Positions 1-11,006 are shown, counted from the stretch's first letter. The stretch: 64,000 nucleotides of DNA from Escherichia coli (GCF_003334355.1 NZ_QOWP01000008.1), one strand, 5' to 3'. Numbers and translations: made by a program. The notes: generated from the sequence alone by a model not told the origin.

Positions 1-1580
1 GCCGTGTCGGTGCTCATCAGGCCGGCAATGGGCAACGGCAGATGACTTTGGACCTGGCCGTTACGTACCACGCACAGCCCGCCGCCATCCTGAATCACCT
101 GATTGACCGCCAGCGCCATCTCTTCGGCACTGCGACCGATCACCACAATATTATGGCTGTCATGGCTGACCGTCGCAGCCAGCGCACCTTCATTCAGTCC
201 AAAGCCGCCAAGCAAACCACAAGCCGGAGCCAGCCGTTGCCCGTAACGCTCAAGTACGGCAATAAAGCTCACATCATCGCGATCAAAACCATTTTCGCTG
301 TAGACGCTGGAGTGGGAGTGCGTAATCAATTCGTTATGGATGACGTCAATGACCCGATAGCGTTTTCCGGGCGTAAATTGCAGGGCAAAGTCGCTGGCGG
401 AAACTGGCTGGCGGGCAATGGTGTTGCCATATGGCGGAGCGGATTGTGCCAGTCTCGCCGACTCTTCCGCCTGTAAGGTTTGCGCATCAATCGGCTCGCC
501 TTTCACCAGTACCTGCTGCACCGTGACCTTACGCGCATCGCTCAACAGGACGATATCGGCCTGCTTGCCGGGTGCCAGTAAGCCGAGGTGATTCAGACCA
601 AAGTGGCGCGCCGTCGACCAGCTGGCGACGCGATATGCCACATGCAGCGGCACATTGTGTTGTTCGATCAGGCGGCGAATTAAGGCATCGATGTGTCCTT
701 CATGGGCGATCTCCCACGGGTTACGGTCATCGGTACAGAGCATGCATTGCGGGCTGTTAAATTCGTTGATCAACGGTGCCAGCGCGTTGAGATTGCGGGC
801 AGCGGACCCTTCGCGGATCATCAACGACATGCCGAGTTGTAATTTCCGGCGTCCTTCTTCCAGCTGATAACTTTCGTGGCAGTTTTCAATACCCGCAGTA
901 ATATAGGCGTTAAGTTCTTTACCACCCAAACCCGGGCAGTGACCGTCCAGCGTCAGGTGGCGAAATGCATCCAGTTTATCGAGCAGCGCATTCTGCCCGC
1001 TAATTACGCCAGGGTAGTCCATCATTTCTGCAAGGCCGGTAACCTGCGGATGGTCCCGCCAGGCGAGCATCTGTTCAAGGGTAAAACTGGCACCGTTAAC
1101 ATCGCAGCCTTCCAGGGCGGGTACGCAAGAGCTGACCTGTAAGTACTGGTTTTGCCTTGCCTGTTCGGCACAGCGGGCAAACCAGGCGAATCCGGCTTCT
1201 CCCATCACGTTGACGATTTCATGAGGGTCGCAAATAACGGTCGTCAGGCCGCGCGGCAGGGTAGCGGTTTCAAAAGTGACCGGCGTCATCATGCTGGATT
1301 CAATATGCAGGTGAGCATCAATAAACCCTGGCACCGCCGTTGCGCCGCGAGCATCAATCCGCTGCAAAGCCGGAGCATCAGCGTATTCTGCGCCAACACC
1401 GGCAATGTAACGTCCTTTAATCACAATTGGGCCGGAAATTTCTCCGCCATTGATCAGGTCGAGAATAGAGACATTATCAATAATATAATCGGCAACAGCG
1501 TCGCCACGGGAAACGGCTAACAATTCCTGGTATTCAGCCCGGCTAATGTGATGAAATTTATGGTTAATAGAATTATTCAT
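1..1580 (-). CDS. ade: adenine deaminase, 5' portion (about 526 codons); 3' end lies beyond the window start
   Basis: ATG at 1578-1580 on minus strand; reverse translation begins [48 protein letters not shown]; frame is open to position 1 (no stop, hence absent from ORF track); matches recalled E. coli Ade N-terminus. Confidence 0.8.
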   Translation of the reverse strand, partial: MNNSINHKFHHISRAEYQELLAVSRGDAVADYIIDNVSILDLINGGEISGPIVIKGRYIAGVGAEYADAPALQRIDARGATAVPGFIDAHLHIESSMMTPVTFETATLPRGLTTVICDPHEIVNVMGEAGFAWFARCAEQARQNQYLQVSSCVPALEGCDVNGASFTLEQMLAWRDHPQVTGLAEMMDYPGVISGQNALLDKLDAFRHLTLDGHCPGLGGKELNAYITAGIENCHESYQLEEGRRKLQLGMSLMIREGSAARNLNALAPLINEFNSPQCMLCTDDRNPWEIAHEGHIDALIRRLIEQHNVPLHVAYRVASWSTARHFGLNHLGLLAPGKQADIVLLSDARKVTVQQVLVKGEPIDAQTLQAEESARLAQSAPPYGNTIARQPVSASDFALQFTPGKRYRVIDVIHNELITHSHSSVYSENGFDRDDVSFIAVLERYGQRLAPACGLLGGFGLNEGALAATVSHDSHNIVVIGRSAEEMALAVNQVIQDGGGLCVVRNGQVQSHLPLPIAGLMSTDT

Positions 1581-1754
1581 ATTTTTCTCATTTTGATTTT
1601 ATCAATTTGATTATTATTTATCATAAAGAAACGTCGCGAGATTATTAAAGAATATCCATTAATGTGCAATTGAAATGTGATAATTATCACTGAACCGTTG
1701 TTGTCATTTGTTTTACAAAAGCAAGGGATTAAATCTCCTCCAATGGACAAAAAA

Positions 1755-3089
1755 ATGAATAATGACAATACCGATTACGTGAGTAATGAATCAGGGACGC
1801 TTTCGCGATTATTTAAACTACCTCAGCATGGGACCACCGTCCGCACAGAATTGATTGCGGGGATGACCACTTTTTTAACCATGGTGTACATCGTTTTTGT
1901 GAACCCGCAAATCCTCGGCGCGGCACAAATGGACCCGAAAGTGGTGTTTGTTACCACCTGTTTGATTGCCGGTATCGGCAGTATTGCGATGGGGATATTT
2001 GCTAACTTACCCGTGGCGCTGGCTCCGGCAATGGGGCTGAACGCCTTCTTTGCCTTCGTGGTCGTGGGGGCGATGGGCATCTCCTGGCAGACCGGGATGG
2101 GCGCAATATTCTGGGGCGCAGTTGGACTATTTTTGCTCACGCTGTTTCGTATCCGGTACTGGATGATCTCCAACATTCCCTTAAGTTTACGTATTGGTAT
2201 CACCAGCGGAATTGGATTATTTATCGCCTTAATGGGATTAAAAAATACTGGCGTTATTGTCGCCAATAAAGACACGCTGGTGATGATTGGCGATTTAAGT
2301 TCTCACGGCGTGTTGTTAGGTATTTTAGGGTTTTTTATTATAACCGTGTTGTCATCACGTCATTTTCATGCCGCGGTGCTGGTTTCTATTGTGGTGATGT
2401 CTTGCTGTGGATTATTTTTCGGTGATGTTCATTTTAGCGGCGTCTATTCCATCCCGCCTGATATTAGCGGCGTCATTGGTGAAGTAGATTTGAGCGGCGC
2501 GTTAACACTTGAACTCGCCGGTATCATTTTCTCCTTTATGCTGATCAACCTATTTGATTCATCAGGAACATTAATTGGTGTAACTGATAAAGCGGGCTTA
2601 ATAGATGGTAACGGTAAATTCCCCAATATGAATAAGGCGCTGTATGTTGATAGCGTCAGTTCGGTGGCGGGTGCGTTTATCGGTACCTCGTCTGTTACTG
2701 CCTATATTGAAAGTACTTCTGGTGTGGCAGTCGGTGGCCGCACGGGGCTGACTGCGGTTGTGGTTGGCGTTATGTTCCTGTTGGTTATGTTCTTCTCACC
2801 GCTGGTGGCGATAGTTCCTCCTTACGCAACCGCCGGAGCGTTAATCTTTGTTGGCGTGCTGATGACTTCGAGCCTGGCGCGCGTTAACTGGGATGATTTT
2901 ACCGAATCGGTGCCTGCGTTTATTACCACGGTGATGATGCCCTTTACTTTCTCGATCACCGAAGGGATTGCACTCGGCTTTATGTCGTACTGCATCATGA
3001 AAGTATGCACCGGGCGCTGGCGCGATCTGAACCTGTGTGTGGTGGTGGTCGCAGCTCTGTTTGCACTGAAGATTATTCTGGTGGATTAG
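1755..3089 (+). CDS. adeQ: adenine/purine permease (NCS2/AzgA-like), 444 aa
   Basis: ORF 1677..3089; internal ATG at 1755 gives MNNDNTDYVSNESGTLSRLF and 444 aa; hydrophobic multi-TM protein divergent from ade. Confidence 0.75.
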   Translation: MNNDNTDYVSNESGTLSRLFKLPQHGTTVRTELIAGMTTFLTMVYIVFVNPQILGAAQMDPKVVFVTTCLIAGIGSIAMGIFANLPVALAPAMGLNAFFAFVVVGAMGISWQTGMGAIFWGAVGLFLLTLFRIRYWMISNIPLSLRIGITSGIGLFIALMGLKNTGVIVANKDTLVMIGDLSSHGVLLGILGFFIITVLSSRHFHAAVLVSIVVMSCCGLFFGDVHFSGVYSIPPDISGVIGEVDLSGALTLELAGIIFSFMLINLFDSSGTLIGVTDKAGLIDGNGKFPNMNKALYVDSVSSVAGAFIGTSSVTAYIESTSGVAVGGRTGLTAVVVGVMFLLVMFFSPLVAIVPPYATAGALIFVGVLMTSSLARVNWDDFTESVPAFITTVMMPFTFSITEGIALGFMSYCIMKVCTGRWRDLNLCVVVVAALFALKIILVD

Positions 3090-3141
3090 TAACTGGCGAG
3101 GGTTTCCAGATATCATGAGTTCTGATTACGCAGGAGAACTC

Positions 3142-3594
3142 ATGATCTGGATAATGCTCGCCACGCTGGCGGTAGTGTTTGTGGTTGGTTTTCGGGTGCT
3201 GACATCCGGGGCCAGAAAAGCGATTCGCCGTCTCAGCGATCGGCTGAACATCGATGTCGTACCCGTGGAGTCGATGGTCGATCAAATGGGAAAGTCAGCT
3301 GGTGACGAATTTTTACGTTATTTGCATCGTCCGGATGAGTCGCACCTGCAAAACGCCGCGCAGGTGTTGCTCATCTGGCAAATTGTCATTGTCGATGGTA
3401 GCGAACAGAACCTGCTGCAATGGCATCGGATTTTACAAAAAGCTCGCCTCGCCGCGCCGATTACCGACGCTCAGGTCAGGCTGGCGCTAGGTTTTCTGCG
3501 CGAAACCGAACCTGAAATGCAGGATATTAATGCTTTTCAGATGCGCTATAACGCGTTCTTTCAGCCTGCCGAGGGCGTTCACTGGTTGCATTGA
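3142..3594 (+). CDS. yicN: small inner-membrane protein YicN-like, 150 aa
   Basis: ORF 3115..3594; start placed at MIWIMLATLAVVFVVGF (ATG 3142); one N-terminal hydrophobic helix. Confidence 0.55.
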   Translation: MIWIMLATLAVVFVVGFRVLTSGARKAIRRLSDRLNIDVVPVESMVDQMGKSAGDEFLRYLHRPDESHLQNAAQVLLIWQIVIVDGSEQNLLQWHRILQKARLAAPITDAQVRLALGFLRETEPEMQDINAFQMRYNAFFQPAEGVHWLH

Positions 3595-3602
3595 AACCGT
3601 TT

Positions 3603-3670
3603 CGTCTTATCAGCCTACAGACCGCGCCTGACCTGTCGGGTGGATAAGACGTTCACGCCGCATCCGGTAA
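3603..3670. repeat. REP/BIME-type extragenic palindromic repeat
   Basis: cgtcttatc (3603-3611) inverted with gataagacg (3643-3651); 3641-3670 is reverse complement of a REP-like unit (accggatgcggcgtgaacgtcttatcc). Confidence 0.55.
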
Positions 3671-3804
3671 TCTTTGCCCTGTTCCGTTTCGATCTTAACT
3701 CCAGCTCAAGCAACACCGTAAAAGTTGCAAAAACGTTAAATGCGTCACACATTTCAATGTTAAAGTGGTCGGCTTTTCCCCTGAAACATGCCACGGGTAA
3801 CACC

Positions 3805-4995
3805 ATGAGTGAATTTATTGCCGAAAACCGCGGCGCGGATGCCATCACCCGACCGAACTGGTCAGCCGTTTTCTCGGTGGCGTTTTGTGTCGCCTGTCTG
3901 ATTATCGTTGAGTTTTTGCCCGTCAGTTTGTTGACGCCAATGGCCCAGGATTTAGGCATTTCGGAAGGGGTTGCCGGGCAATCGGTGACCGTGACCGCCT
4001 TTGTGGCAATGTTTGCCAGTTTGTTTATTACCCAGACAATTCAGGCTACTGACCGCCGCTACGTTGTTATTTTGTTTGCCGTTTTGCTGACGCTCTCCTG
4101 CTTGCTGGTTTCCTTTGCTAACTCATTCAGTTTGCTTTTAATCGGTCGTGCCTGTCTGGGGCTGGCGCTGGGCGGGTTCTGGGCGATGTCGGCGTCGCTG
4201 ACCATGCGTCTGGTGCCGCCGCGTACGGTGCCGAAGGCGCTGTCGGTGATCTTCGGCGCGGTTTCTATTGCGCTGGTGATTGCCGCGCCGTTGGGCAGTT
4301 TTTTAGGCGAGCTTATCGGTTGGCGCAATGTCTTTAATGCGGCGGCGGTGATGGGCGTGCTGTGTATTTTCTGGATTATCAAATCATTGCCTTCACTGCC
4401 AGGCGAACCCTCGCATCAGAAACAAAATACTTTCCGCTTATTACAACGTCCGGGTGTGATGGCAGGGATGATCGCCATCTTCATGTCTTTCGCCGGGCAG
4501 TTTGCTTTCTTCACGTATATTCGCCCGGTGTATATGAACCTGGCGGGATTCGGCGTGGATGGCTTAACGCTGGTGCTGTTGAGTTTTGGTATCGCCAGCT
4601 TTATTGGTACGTCGCTTTCGTCGTTCATTCTTAAACGTTCGGTAAAACTGGCCTTAGCAGGCGCGCCGTTAATACTGGCTGTGAGTGCGTTGGTACTGAC
4701 GTTGTGGGGAAGCGATAAAATCGTTGCTACCGGCGTGGCGATTATCTGGGGGCTAACTTTTGCATTGGTTCCTGTCGGCTGGTCAACGTGGATCACCCGC
4801 TCGCTGGCCGATCAGGCAGAAAAAGCCGGGTCTATTCAGGTGGCGGTTATTCAGCTTGCTAATACCTGTGGCGCGGCAATCGGCGGTTATGCGCTGGATA
4901 ATATTGGTCTGACTTCGCCGTTGATGTTGTCCGGCACATTGATGTTGCTGACTGCATTGTTGGTTACTGCAAAGGTGAAAATGAAGAAATCCTGA
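3805..4995 (+). CDS. nepI: MFS purine ribonucleoside efflux transporter NepI-like, 396 aa
   Basis: ORF 3640..4995 overextends into the REP element; ATG at 3805 ([19 protein letters not shown]) gives 396 aa; 12-TM MFS-type composition. Confidence 0.7.
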   Translation: MSEFIAENRGADAITRPNWSAVFSVAFCVACLIIVEFLPVSLLTPMAQDLGISEGVAGQSVTVTAFVAMFASLFITQTIQATDRRYVVILFAVLLTLSCLLVSFANSFSLLLIGRACLGLALGGFWAMSASLTMRLVPPRTVPKALSVIFGAVSIALVIAAPLGSFLGELIGWRNVFNAAAVMGVLCIFWIIKSLPSLPGEPSHQKQNTFRLLQRPGVMAGMIAIFMSFAGQFAFFTYIRPVYMNLAGFGVDGLTLVLLSFGIASFIGTSLSSFILKRSVKLALAGAPLILAVSALVLTLWGSDKIVATGVAIIWGLTFALVPVGWSTWITRSLADQAEKAGSIQVAVIQLANTCGAAIGGYALDNIGLTSPLMLSGTLMLLTALLVTAKVKMKKS

Positions 4996-5035
4996 TATCA
5001 GGTAAAGAAGCGTTGGTCAGTAGTTGTTGCTGTTC

Positions 5036-5329
5036 TTACATATCCGGGCATTCTACCTTACCCAACGCTTCCCAATAATTGCTCTGATTATTACGTTCCA
5101 TCGCCACGATGGCCTCGCGTATATGTTGTTTATTGTTTTCATCTGACAACATTAACTTTTCCCACGCTTCATCTGATAATGACGCCTGTGGCGTGCAAAT
5201 TTTACGTAAATCTTGTAATACCGTGGTTTTCTCTTTTGCGGACTGCAGTGAGCTAAAAGGCGACTCGGCGTATACGATGCCTGGCATAGCGAAAAAAGTG
5301 AAAATAAGCAGTAGTGTCGTTGGTTTCAT
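5036..5329 (-). CDS. yicS: small secreted protein YicS-like, 97 aa
   Basis: ORF track 97 aa with N-terminal signal-peptide-like segment MKPTTLLLIFTFFAMPGIVYA. Confidence 0.6.
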   Translation of the reverse strand: MKPTTLLLIFTFFAMPGIVYAESPFSSLQSAKEKTTVLQDLRKICTPQASLSDEAWEKLMLSDENNKQHIREAIVAMERNNQSNYWEALGKVECPDM

Positions 5330-5550
5330 GGATTCAACCTTTTACAAATGTGTATCGAATGAAGCATAAGTGTAGTTTGCTTTCATCGCTCTCATCATGC
5401 TGTACGAAACGCGCTTGCGTGGTCAGTAAGAAGTGCCAGACTTTATATTCCACTTTTATTCCTTTTTATTCTTATCGATAGCGTTTCGTTTTTTAAACCG
5501 CAGCGACCTTACCGCTATAGTCAGGTAATCATTAATAAAAGGATAAAAAA

Positions 5551-6369
5551 ATGAAACTGACAACACATCATCTACGGACAGGGGCCGCATTATTGCTGGC
5601 CGGAATTCTGCTGGCAGGTTGCGACCAGAGTAGCAGCGATGCAAAACACATTAAAGTTGGCGTTATAAATGGCGCAGAACAAGATGTCGCGGAAGTCGCT
5701 AAAAAGGTGGCAAAAGAGAAATATGGCCTCGATGTTGAACTGGTAGGATTTAGCGGTTCGTTGCTACCGAACGATGCGACAAATCATGGCGAACTTGATG
5801 CGAATGTCTTCCAGCATCGACCCTTTCTTGAACAAGATAATCAGGCGCATGGTTATAAACTGGTAGCGGTGGGAAATACGTTTGTCTTCCCTATGGCGGG
5901 TTATTCCAAAAAAATCAAAACCGTGGCGCAAATAAAAGAAGGCGCGACAGTGGCGATCCCCAACGACCCGACCAACCTTGGTCGCGCACTTTTACTGTTG
6001 CAAAAAGAGAAGCTAATTACTCTGAAAGAGGGAAAAGGGTTATTACCTACCGCGCTGGATATAACCGATAATCCTCGTCATTTGCAGATTATGGAACTCG
6101 AGGGGGCGCAGCTCCCGCGCGTACTGGATGATCCCAAAGTTGATGTGGCGATTATCAGCACCACTTACATTCAGCAGACCGGGCTTTCTCCGGTGCACGA
6201 CAGCGTATTTATTGAAGATAAAAATTCGCCGTATGTGAATATTTTGGTGGCACGGGAAGATAATAAGAATGCAGAAAACGTGAAGGAATTTCTGCAATCT
6301 TATCAATCATCCGAAGTCGCTAAAGCGGCAGAAACCATCTTTAACGGTGGCGCGGTGCCTGGCTGGTAA
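5551..6369 (+). CDS. nlpA: lipoprotein-28 (NlpA/MetQ family methionine-binding lipoprotein), 272 aa
   Basis: 272 aa; signal peptide plus lipobox LLAGC at residues 19-23; periplasmic binding protein-like. Confidence 0.8.
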   Translation: MKLTTHHLRTGAALLLAGILLAGCDQSSSDAKHIKVGVINGAEQDVAEVAKKVAKEKYGLDVELVGFSGSLLPNDATNHGELDANVFQHRPFLEQDNQAHGYKLVAVGNTFVFPMAGYSKKIKTVAQIKEGATVAIPNDPTNLGRALLLLQKEKLITLKEGKGLLPTALDITDNPRHLQIMELEGAQLPRVLDDPKVDVAIISTTYIQQTGLSPVHDSVFIEDKNSPYVNILVAREDNKNAENVKEFLQSYQSSEVAKAAETIFNGGAVPGW

Positions 6370-6372
6370 TTC

Positions 6373-7296
6373 TCACTCATCCCGCGCCGGACGATTTATT
6401 TTTCTGGCGCGGCGACGGGAATCCATTGAAATCAAAATTACCGATGACAGAATCAGCAGCGTTCCCAGCCAGTCCGGTAATGTGAACGTGATCCCCAGCA
6501 ACAGCAAAGAGAGTAGCGCGCTACTTAATGGTTCTGCACAGCTCAAAATGCTGGCTTTTGGACCGCCAATTAATTGTGCTCCTTTCAGGTACAGACTAAA
6601 TGTCAGGGACGTACCAATGACGATCAAATAAAAAAACGCCAAAATCAAACTGCCGTTAACGACAAAGTTTGTCCCTTGTCTGGCATAAAAAGGCAACAGA
6701 ATCAGACCGCCGATCAGCATACTCCAGCCGACGACAGACAACGTGCCATAGCGGGCAATTAGCGTTGAGGGATAGGTGGTATAGAATGCAGCAGCAAATG
6801 CCGAGGCAATGCCCCAGAACAACGCGGCAGGAGAGATCGATAATGACGTCGGATTACCGTGTGTCACCAATAAAAAAGTCCCGACCAGCGATGTCAAAAT
6901 AGCGCAGAAAACCAGAATGCCCGGGCGCGATTTACGCACCAGTGAGAACCAGGCGACGATAATCGTCGGTGAGAGGAATTGCAGCACCGTTGCCGTGGCT
7001 GCGTTCGATTTTTCGATGGTTAGCAAAAAAGTGAGCTGTACAGTTAGCGCGCCAACCACGGAAAAAATCAGCAGGCTAATGGCATCTTTATGATTGTTAA
7101 TAATAGAAAAGATTTTATCGCCATGAACAAATGACAGCGTCAGTAGAATCAAACCGGCGAATATCAAACGCGTCATAGTCAAAAACTGCGACGACATCTG
7201 GCTTTGCTCCATGATGTATTGCGCGCAGACCCCTGAACTTCCCCACAACACGGCGGCAATCAGAACGTTCAGCATCCCCTTTCTGGTGGAACCCAT
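6373..7296 (-). CDS. yicL: EamA/DMT family inner membrane transporter, 307 aa
   Basis: ORF track 307 aa, about 10 TM segments, position between nlpA and setC. Confidence 0.7.
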   Translation of the reverse strand: MGSTRKGMLNVLIAAVLWGSSGVCAQYIMEQSQMSSQFLTMTRLIFAGLILLTLSFVHGDKIFSIINNHKDAISLLIFSVVGALTVQLTFLLTIEKSNAATATVLQFLSPTIIVAWFSLVRKSRPGILVFCAILTSLVGTFLLVTHGNPTSLSISPAALFWGIASAFAAAFYTTYPSTLIARYGTLSVVGWSMLIGGLILLPFYARQGTNFVVNGSLILAFFYLIVIGTSLTFSLYLKGAQLIGGPKASILSCAEPLSSALLSLLLLGITFTLPDWLGTLLILSSVILISMDSRRRARKINRPARDE

Positions 7297-7406
7297 TTTT
7301 CCCTCTGCATACTGTTTTGTCGTTTATGTATGCAGGCATGATAGCAAAAATGGCGAGGATGGCTCTGTTTGCGCCACGCCGATTTTTCTTAGCCCAGACT
7401 GGTGAG

Positions 7407-8591
7407 CTAAATATCTTTAATAAACAGCAGGCAAATTATCGCAATACCCAACATCCCTATCGCCAGCCAGAACAACGCATGGTAGCTCCAGATTTCAACC
7501 ATAATTCCGTCAACAGAGCCGGCGATAATCCAGCCGACGCGTGAAGTATTTGCATATAACGTTGTCGCAGAGCCTATTTTTTCAGGCATCAGGTCCTGAA
7601 ATTAAAGCATGCCGATACCACAGAGAATACCAAGGAAGATGGCATTAAGAATTTGCAATTCCAGCTCAACCGCCGGAGTCGTCGCCATGAGTACGCTGGC
7701 GTAAAAACACATTCCACTCACGATAGCAATGAGCATTAATAGTCGCTTGCCAATACGTTTCATGTAATAGCCTGCGATTAACATCATCGGAATTTCCAGA
7801 CCGGCAGCGATACCAATCATTTCTCCAGCCAGTTTATCGGTTAGATGCAGTTCATCAATAATAAATAGCGGCATATTTATCATGTAGAGATTATTCGCCG
7901 CCCACATCATTGAACAGACCACAAAAAGTAGCCGCGTATCCCGCTTCCTGTGGGTGGAGGGTAAAATTTCTACGGGTTGGGTAACGACAGGAATATTTCT
8001 TTGTATTGATGGCAAAAACAACCAGACTATCAGCCCGCAAACAACAAATGCGATGGCAGCGGTGAGATACATCACTTTAAAACTAAATCCCATTGCCAGT
8101 TCATAAGCGAGCGGTGGCCCGATAACCCAGGCAAGCGAGATCTGAGCACGTAAAAATGTACTGAACATGACCGTCTCACGGCCTGTTCTGTCGGCGTGTT
8201 CACGGGCGAGGGCGAACATTTGCGGGTTTGCGGTGGAAGCAAAACTACTCAGAAGTACGCCCGTTGAGAGGAGAATGAAGTAGTTGCGATTCCACGCAAA
8301 AAGCGTGCAGGCCAGCACTCCAAATAAGCAACATAGCAGAATCAGTAATTTACGGTCGCCTTGTTTATCGGAGTGCCTTGCCAGAAATTGACTGACCAGA
8401 ATTCCCATAATAGCGCTACCGGTGAAGAAAAAACCTACCATTATAGGACGGGCTTTCAGTTCATCTGCGAGGAATATACTTAGGGTAGGAGTCTGAAGAG
8501 CGCCCGCAATACCCGTCAGAAAGGCGACAAGTAAAAATGCCGCGGCAGTGAGATCAAGTATTTTTGATGGAGTGGTAGCCGTTTTTTGCAT
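7407..8591 (-). pseudogene. setC: sugar efflux transporter SetC homolog interrupted by one in-frame TAA (codon 330 of a 394-codon frame)
   Basis: ORFs 7602..8591 (329 aa) and 7407..7589 (60 aa) are in the same frame, separated only by TAA (minus-strand 7602-7604) plus four codons (F Q D L); 329+1+4+60 = 394 codons, the length recalled for K-12 SetC. Confidence 0.6.
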
Positions 8592-9227
8592 TCTTCTGAA
8601 TCACCGGGCGAAAAAATATAACTGAGTTACAAATAAGTACCAGTCGAATGAGTATTGTATTAAGAATTTTTGAGTATCGCTGATACAACCAGAAAGCAAT
8701 GCTAGCGCAATATTATAGGGCCAGCAATTGAGATTATTAGCAAAAGCATGTTAAGAATTAATTACTGAATTTATATATTAATTATAGTAAGGCAATGAGC
8801 TATTTTTGATAGTAAAAATAAAACAAGTTGATTTGATATATTAAATGAACAAATTAATCTTGATGGCAGTCTGATTATTGGTGAAGTTTATAGTCAGTTT
8901 TTTTCGCCAGCGGTTAAAGAAATAGAATAGTCGTATAAAAAAGGGTGTTCTGGGGCGAGTAAAACAACATCTTCACCTTAATGGCGATACAGTTGGCTGA
9001 GAGTCAGCAGGGGGGCAAATCACCTGCAAATAAACACGGCGCATACTGGCGTGAATATCGCGGATGCGTTCGAGGACAGAAGAACCGACAGGCGGATTCT
9101 TCAGCCGCTCATCGTCCATCACAAAACCTTAGACCAGGTATTCCTGAAGCCGATTGAATATTGAGCAGTAGAAAATATCTGGATTGACAGTATTACAAGG
9201 GGTTGGAGAACGTCAGGAGAGGCATTT

Positions 9228-9322
9228 TGGCGGAAGATCACAGGAGTCGAACCTGCCCGGGACCGCTGGCGGCCCCAACTGGATTTGAAGTCCAGCCGCC
9301 TCACCGGAGACGACGATCTTCC
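9228..9322 (-). tRNA. selC: tRNA-Sec (selenocysteine tRNA), 95 nt including CCA
   Basis: Reverse complement of 9228-9322 reads GGAAGATCGTCGTCTCCGGTGAGGCGGCTGGACTTCAAATCCAGTTGGGGCCGCCAGCGGTCCCGGGCAGGTTCGACTCCTGTGATCTTCCGCCA, the recalled E. coli selC sequence. Confidence 0.92.
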
Positions 9323-9614
9323 GCGCCTCGATTGCTACATGGAGGCGGGGCGCATTATAGCTACTTCCTTGAGTTTCTACATCCCCCAGATCAGTTTTTT
9401 CCGCCTAATACACGCAGCGTATTATCACGAAAGCATTATAGTTCATATAAAACCCATATTTTACAATGATATATGAGCGGAATTAACGCTACCACGATCA
9501 CATAAAACAAGAATCATAAATTAATAACCAGATATCGGAATATTCGCTCTCACAGGGATGGTTTACAAAATGCGTTATCGGTCTCAGCACCCCTATAGCA
9601 TCAAGGAAAAGCAG

Positions 9615-10997
9615 ATGAAGAGTGAAGTGTTGTCCGTTAAAGAGAAAATTGGTTATGGCATGGGAGACGCCGCCAGCCACATTATTTTCGATAACGTAAT
9701 GTTATATATGATGTTCTTTTATACCGATATTTTTGGCATTCCTGCCGGTTTTGTCGGAACCATGTTTTTGGTCGCTCGTGCACTGGATGCGATTTCCGAT
9801 CCTTGCATGGGGTTGTTGGCCGATCGAACGCGCTCTCGCTGGGGTAAATTTCGTCCGTGGGTACTGTTTGGCGCACTGCCATTCGGGATCGTCTGTGTAC
9901 TGGCCTATAGCACGCCAGATCTCAGTATGAACGGCAAAATGATCTATGCAGCAATTACTTACACCCTACTTACCTTACTTTATACCGTCGTCAATATCCC
10001 TTACTGCGCATTGGGTGGTGTAATCACCAATGACCCGACTCAGCGTATCTCGCTGCAATCCTGGCGTTTTGTGCTGGCGACCGCGGGAGGCATGCTTTCT
10101 ACTGTTCTGATGATGCCACTGGTTAATTTAATTGGCGGTGATAATAAACCACTCGGTTTCCAGGGCGGTATCGCGGTCCTTTCCGTGGTGGCATTCATGA
10201 TGCTGGCATTTTGTTTCTTCACCACTAAAGAACGCGTTGAAGCACCACCTACAACAACGTCTATGCGGGAAGATTTACGTGATATCTGGCAAAACGACCA
10301 GTGGCGGATTGTCGGTTTACTAACCATTTTCAATATCCTGGCGGTGTGCGTACGCGGTGGGGCGATGATGTATTACGTCACATGGATTTTGGGCACGCCG
10401 GAAGTGTTTGTCGCTTTTCTCACCACTTATTGCGTGGGTAACCTGATTGGTTCCGCACTGGCAAAACCTCTGACCGACTGGAAATGTAAAGTCACTATCT
10501 TCTGGTGGACGAACGCCCTGCTGGCAGTGATTAGCCTCGCGATGTTCTTTGTTCCCATGCAGGCCAGCATCACTATGTTTGTCTTCATCTTCGTGATTGG
10601 TGTGTTGCATCAACTGGTGACACCTATCCAGTGGGTAATGATGTCCGATACCGTCGACTACGGCGAGTGGTGCAATGGTAAACGCCTGACCGGGATCAGT
10701 TTTGCTGGCACGCTGTTTGTGCTCAAACTGGGGTTGGCCTTCGGCGGCGCTCTTATCGGCTGGATGCTGGCTTATGGCGGATATGATGCGGCAGAAAAAG
10801 CGCAGAACAGCGCCACGATTAGCATCATTATTGCGCTATTCACGATTGTTCCGGCGATCTGTTATTTGCTGAGCGCGATTATCGCTAAACGCTACTACTC
10901 ACTCACGACGCACAATCTGAAAACCGTTATGGAACAGCTGGCTCAGGGTAAACGCCGTTGCCAGCAACAATTCACCTCTCAAGAAGTGCAGAACTAA
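9615..10997 (+). CDS. yicJ: GPH/MFS family sugar:cation symporter YicJ-like, 460 aa
   Basis: ORF 9558..10997; ATG 9615 (MKSEVLSVKEKIGYGMGD) gives 460 aa; melibiose-permease-like; forms operon with the downstream alpha-xylosidase. Confidence 0.75.
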   Translation: MKSEVLSVKEKIGYGMGDAASHIIFDNVMLYMMFFYTDIFGIPAGFVGTMFLVARALDAISDPCMGLLADRTRSRWGKFRPWVLFGALPFGIVCVLAYSTPDLSMNGKMIYAAITYTLLTLLYTVVNIPYCALGGVITNDPTQRISLQSWRFVLATAGGMLSTVLMMPLVNLIGGDNKPLGFQGGIAVLSVVAFMMLAFCFFTTKERVEAPPTTTSMREDLRDIWQNDQWRIVGLLTIFNILAVCVRGGAMMYYVTWILGTPEVFVAFLTTYCVGNLIGSALAKPLTDWKCKVTIFWWTNALLAVISLAMFFVPMQASITMFVFIFVIGVLHQLVTPIQWVMMSDTVDYGEWCNGKRLTGISFAGTLFVLKLGLAFGGALIGWMLAYGGYDAAEKAQNSATISIIIALFTIVPAICYLLSAIIAKRYYSLTTHNLKTVMEQLAQGKRRCQQQFTSQEVQN

Positions 10998-11006
10998 GGA
11001 ACGGCA

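Noticed and set aside
42-1520. Five plus-strand ORFs (42..476, 572..760, 655..867, 876..1142, 1152..1520) at the window start.
   Set aside because: All overlap the minus-strand adenine deaminase reading frame, which is open across the whole region and has a recognisable N-terminus. The true gene is missing from the ORF track only because its stop codon lies outside the window.
1577-1768. 63-aa minus-strand ORF overlapping the ade start and the adeQ leader.
   Set aside because: It is low-complexity and AT-rich (N/I/F-rich), spans the divergent promoter region, and has no SD-like context.
3640-3804. N-terminal extension of the nepI ORF (451-aa version starting at 3640).
   Set aside because: The extension runs through the REP/BIME palindrome and has no transporter-like sequence. 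The internal ATG at 3805 gives the expected 396-aa MFS protein.
8592-9614. Possible pathogenicity island or prophage inserted at selC.
   Set aside because: There is only about 640 bp between the selC 3' end and setC. No integrase, no tRNA 3'-end direct repeat and no cargo genes are present.
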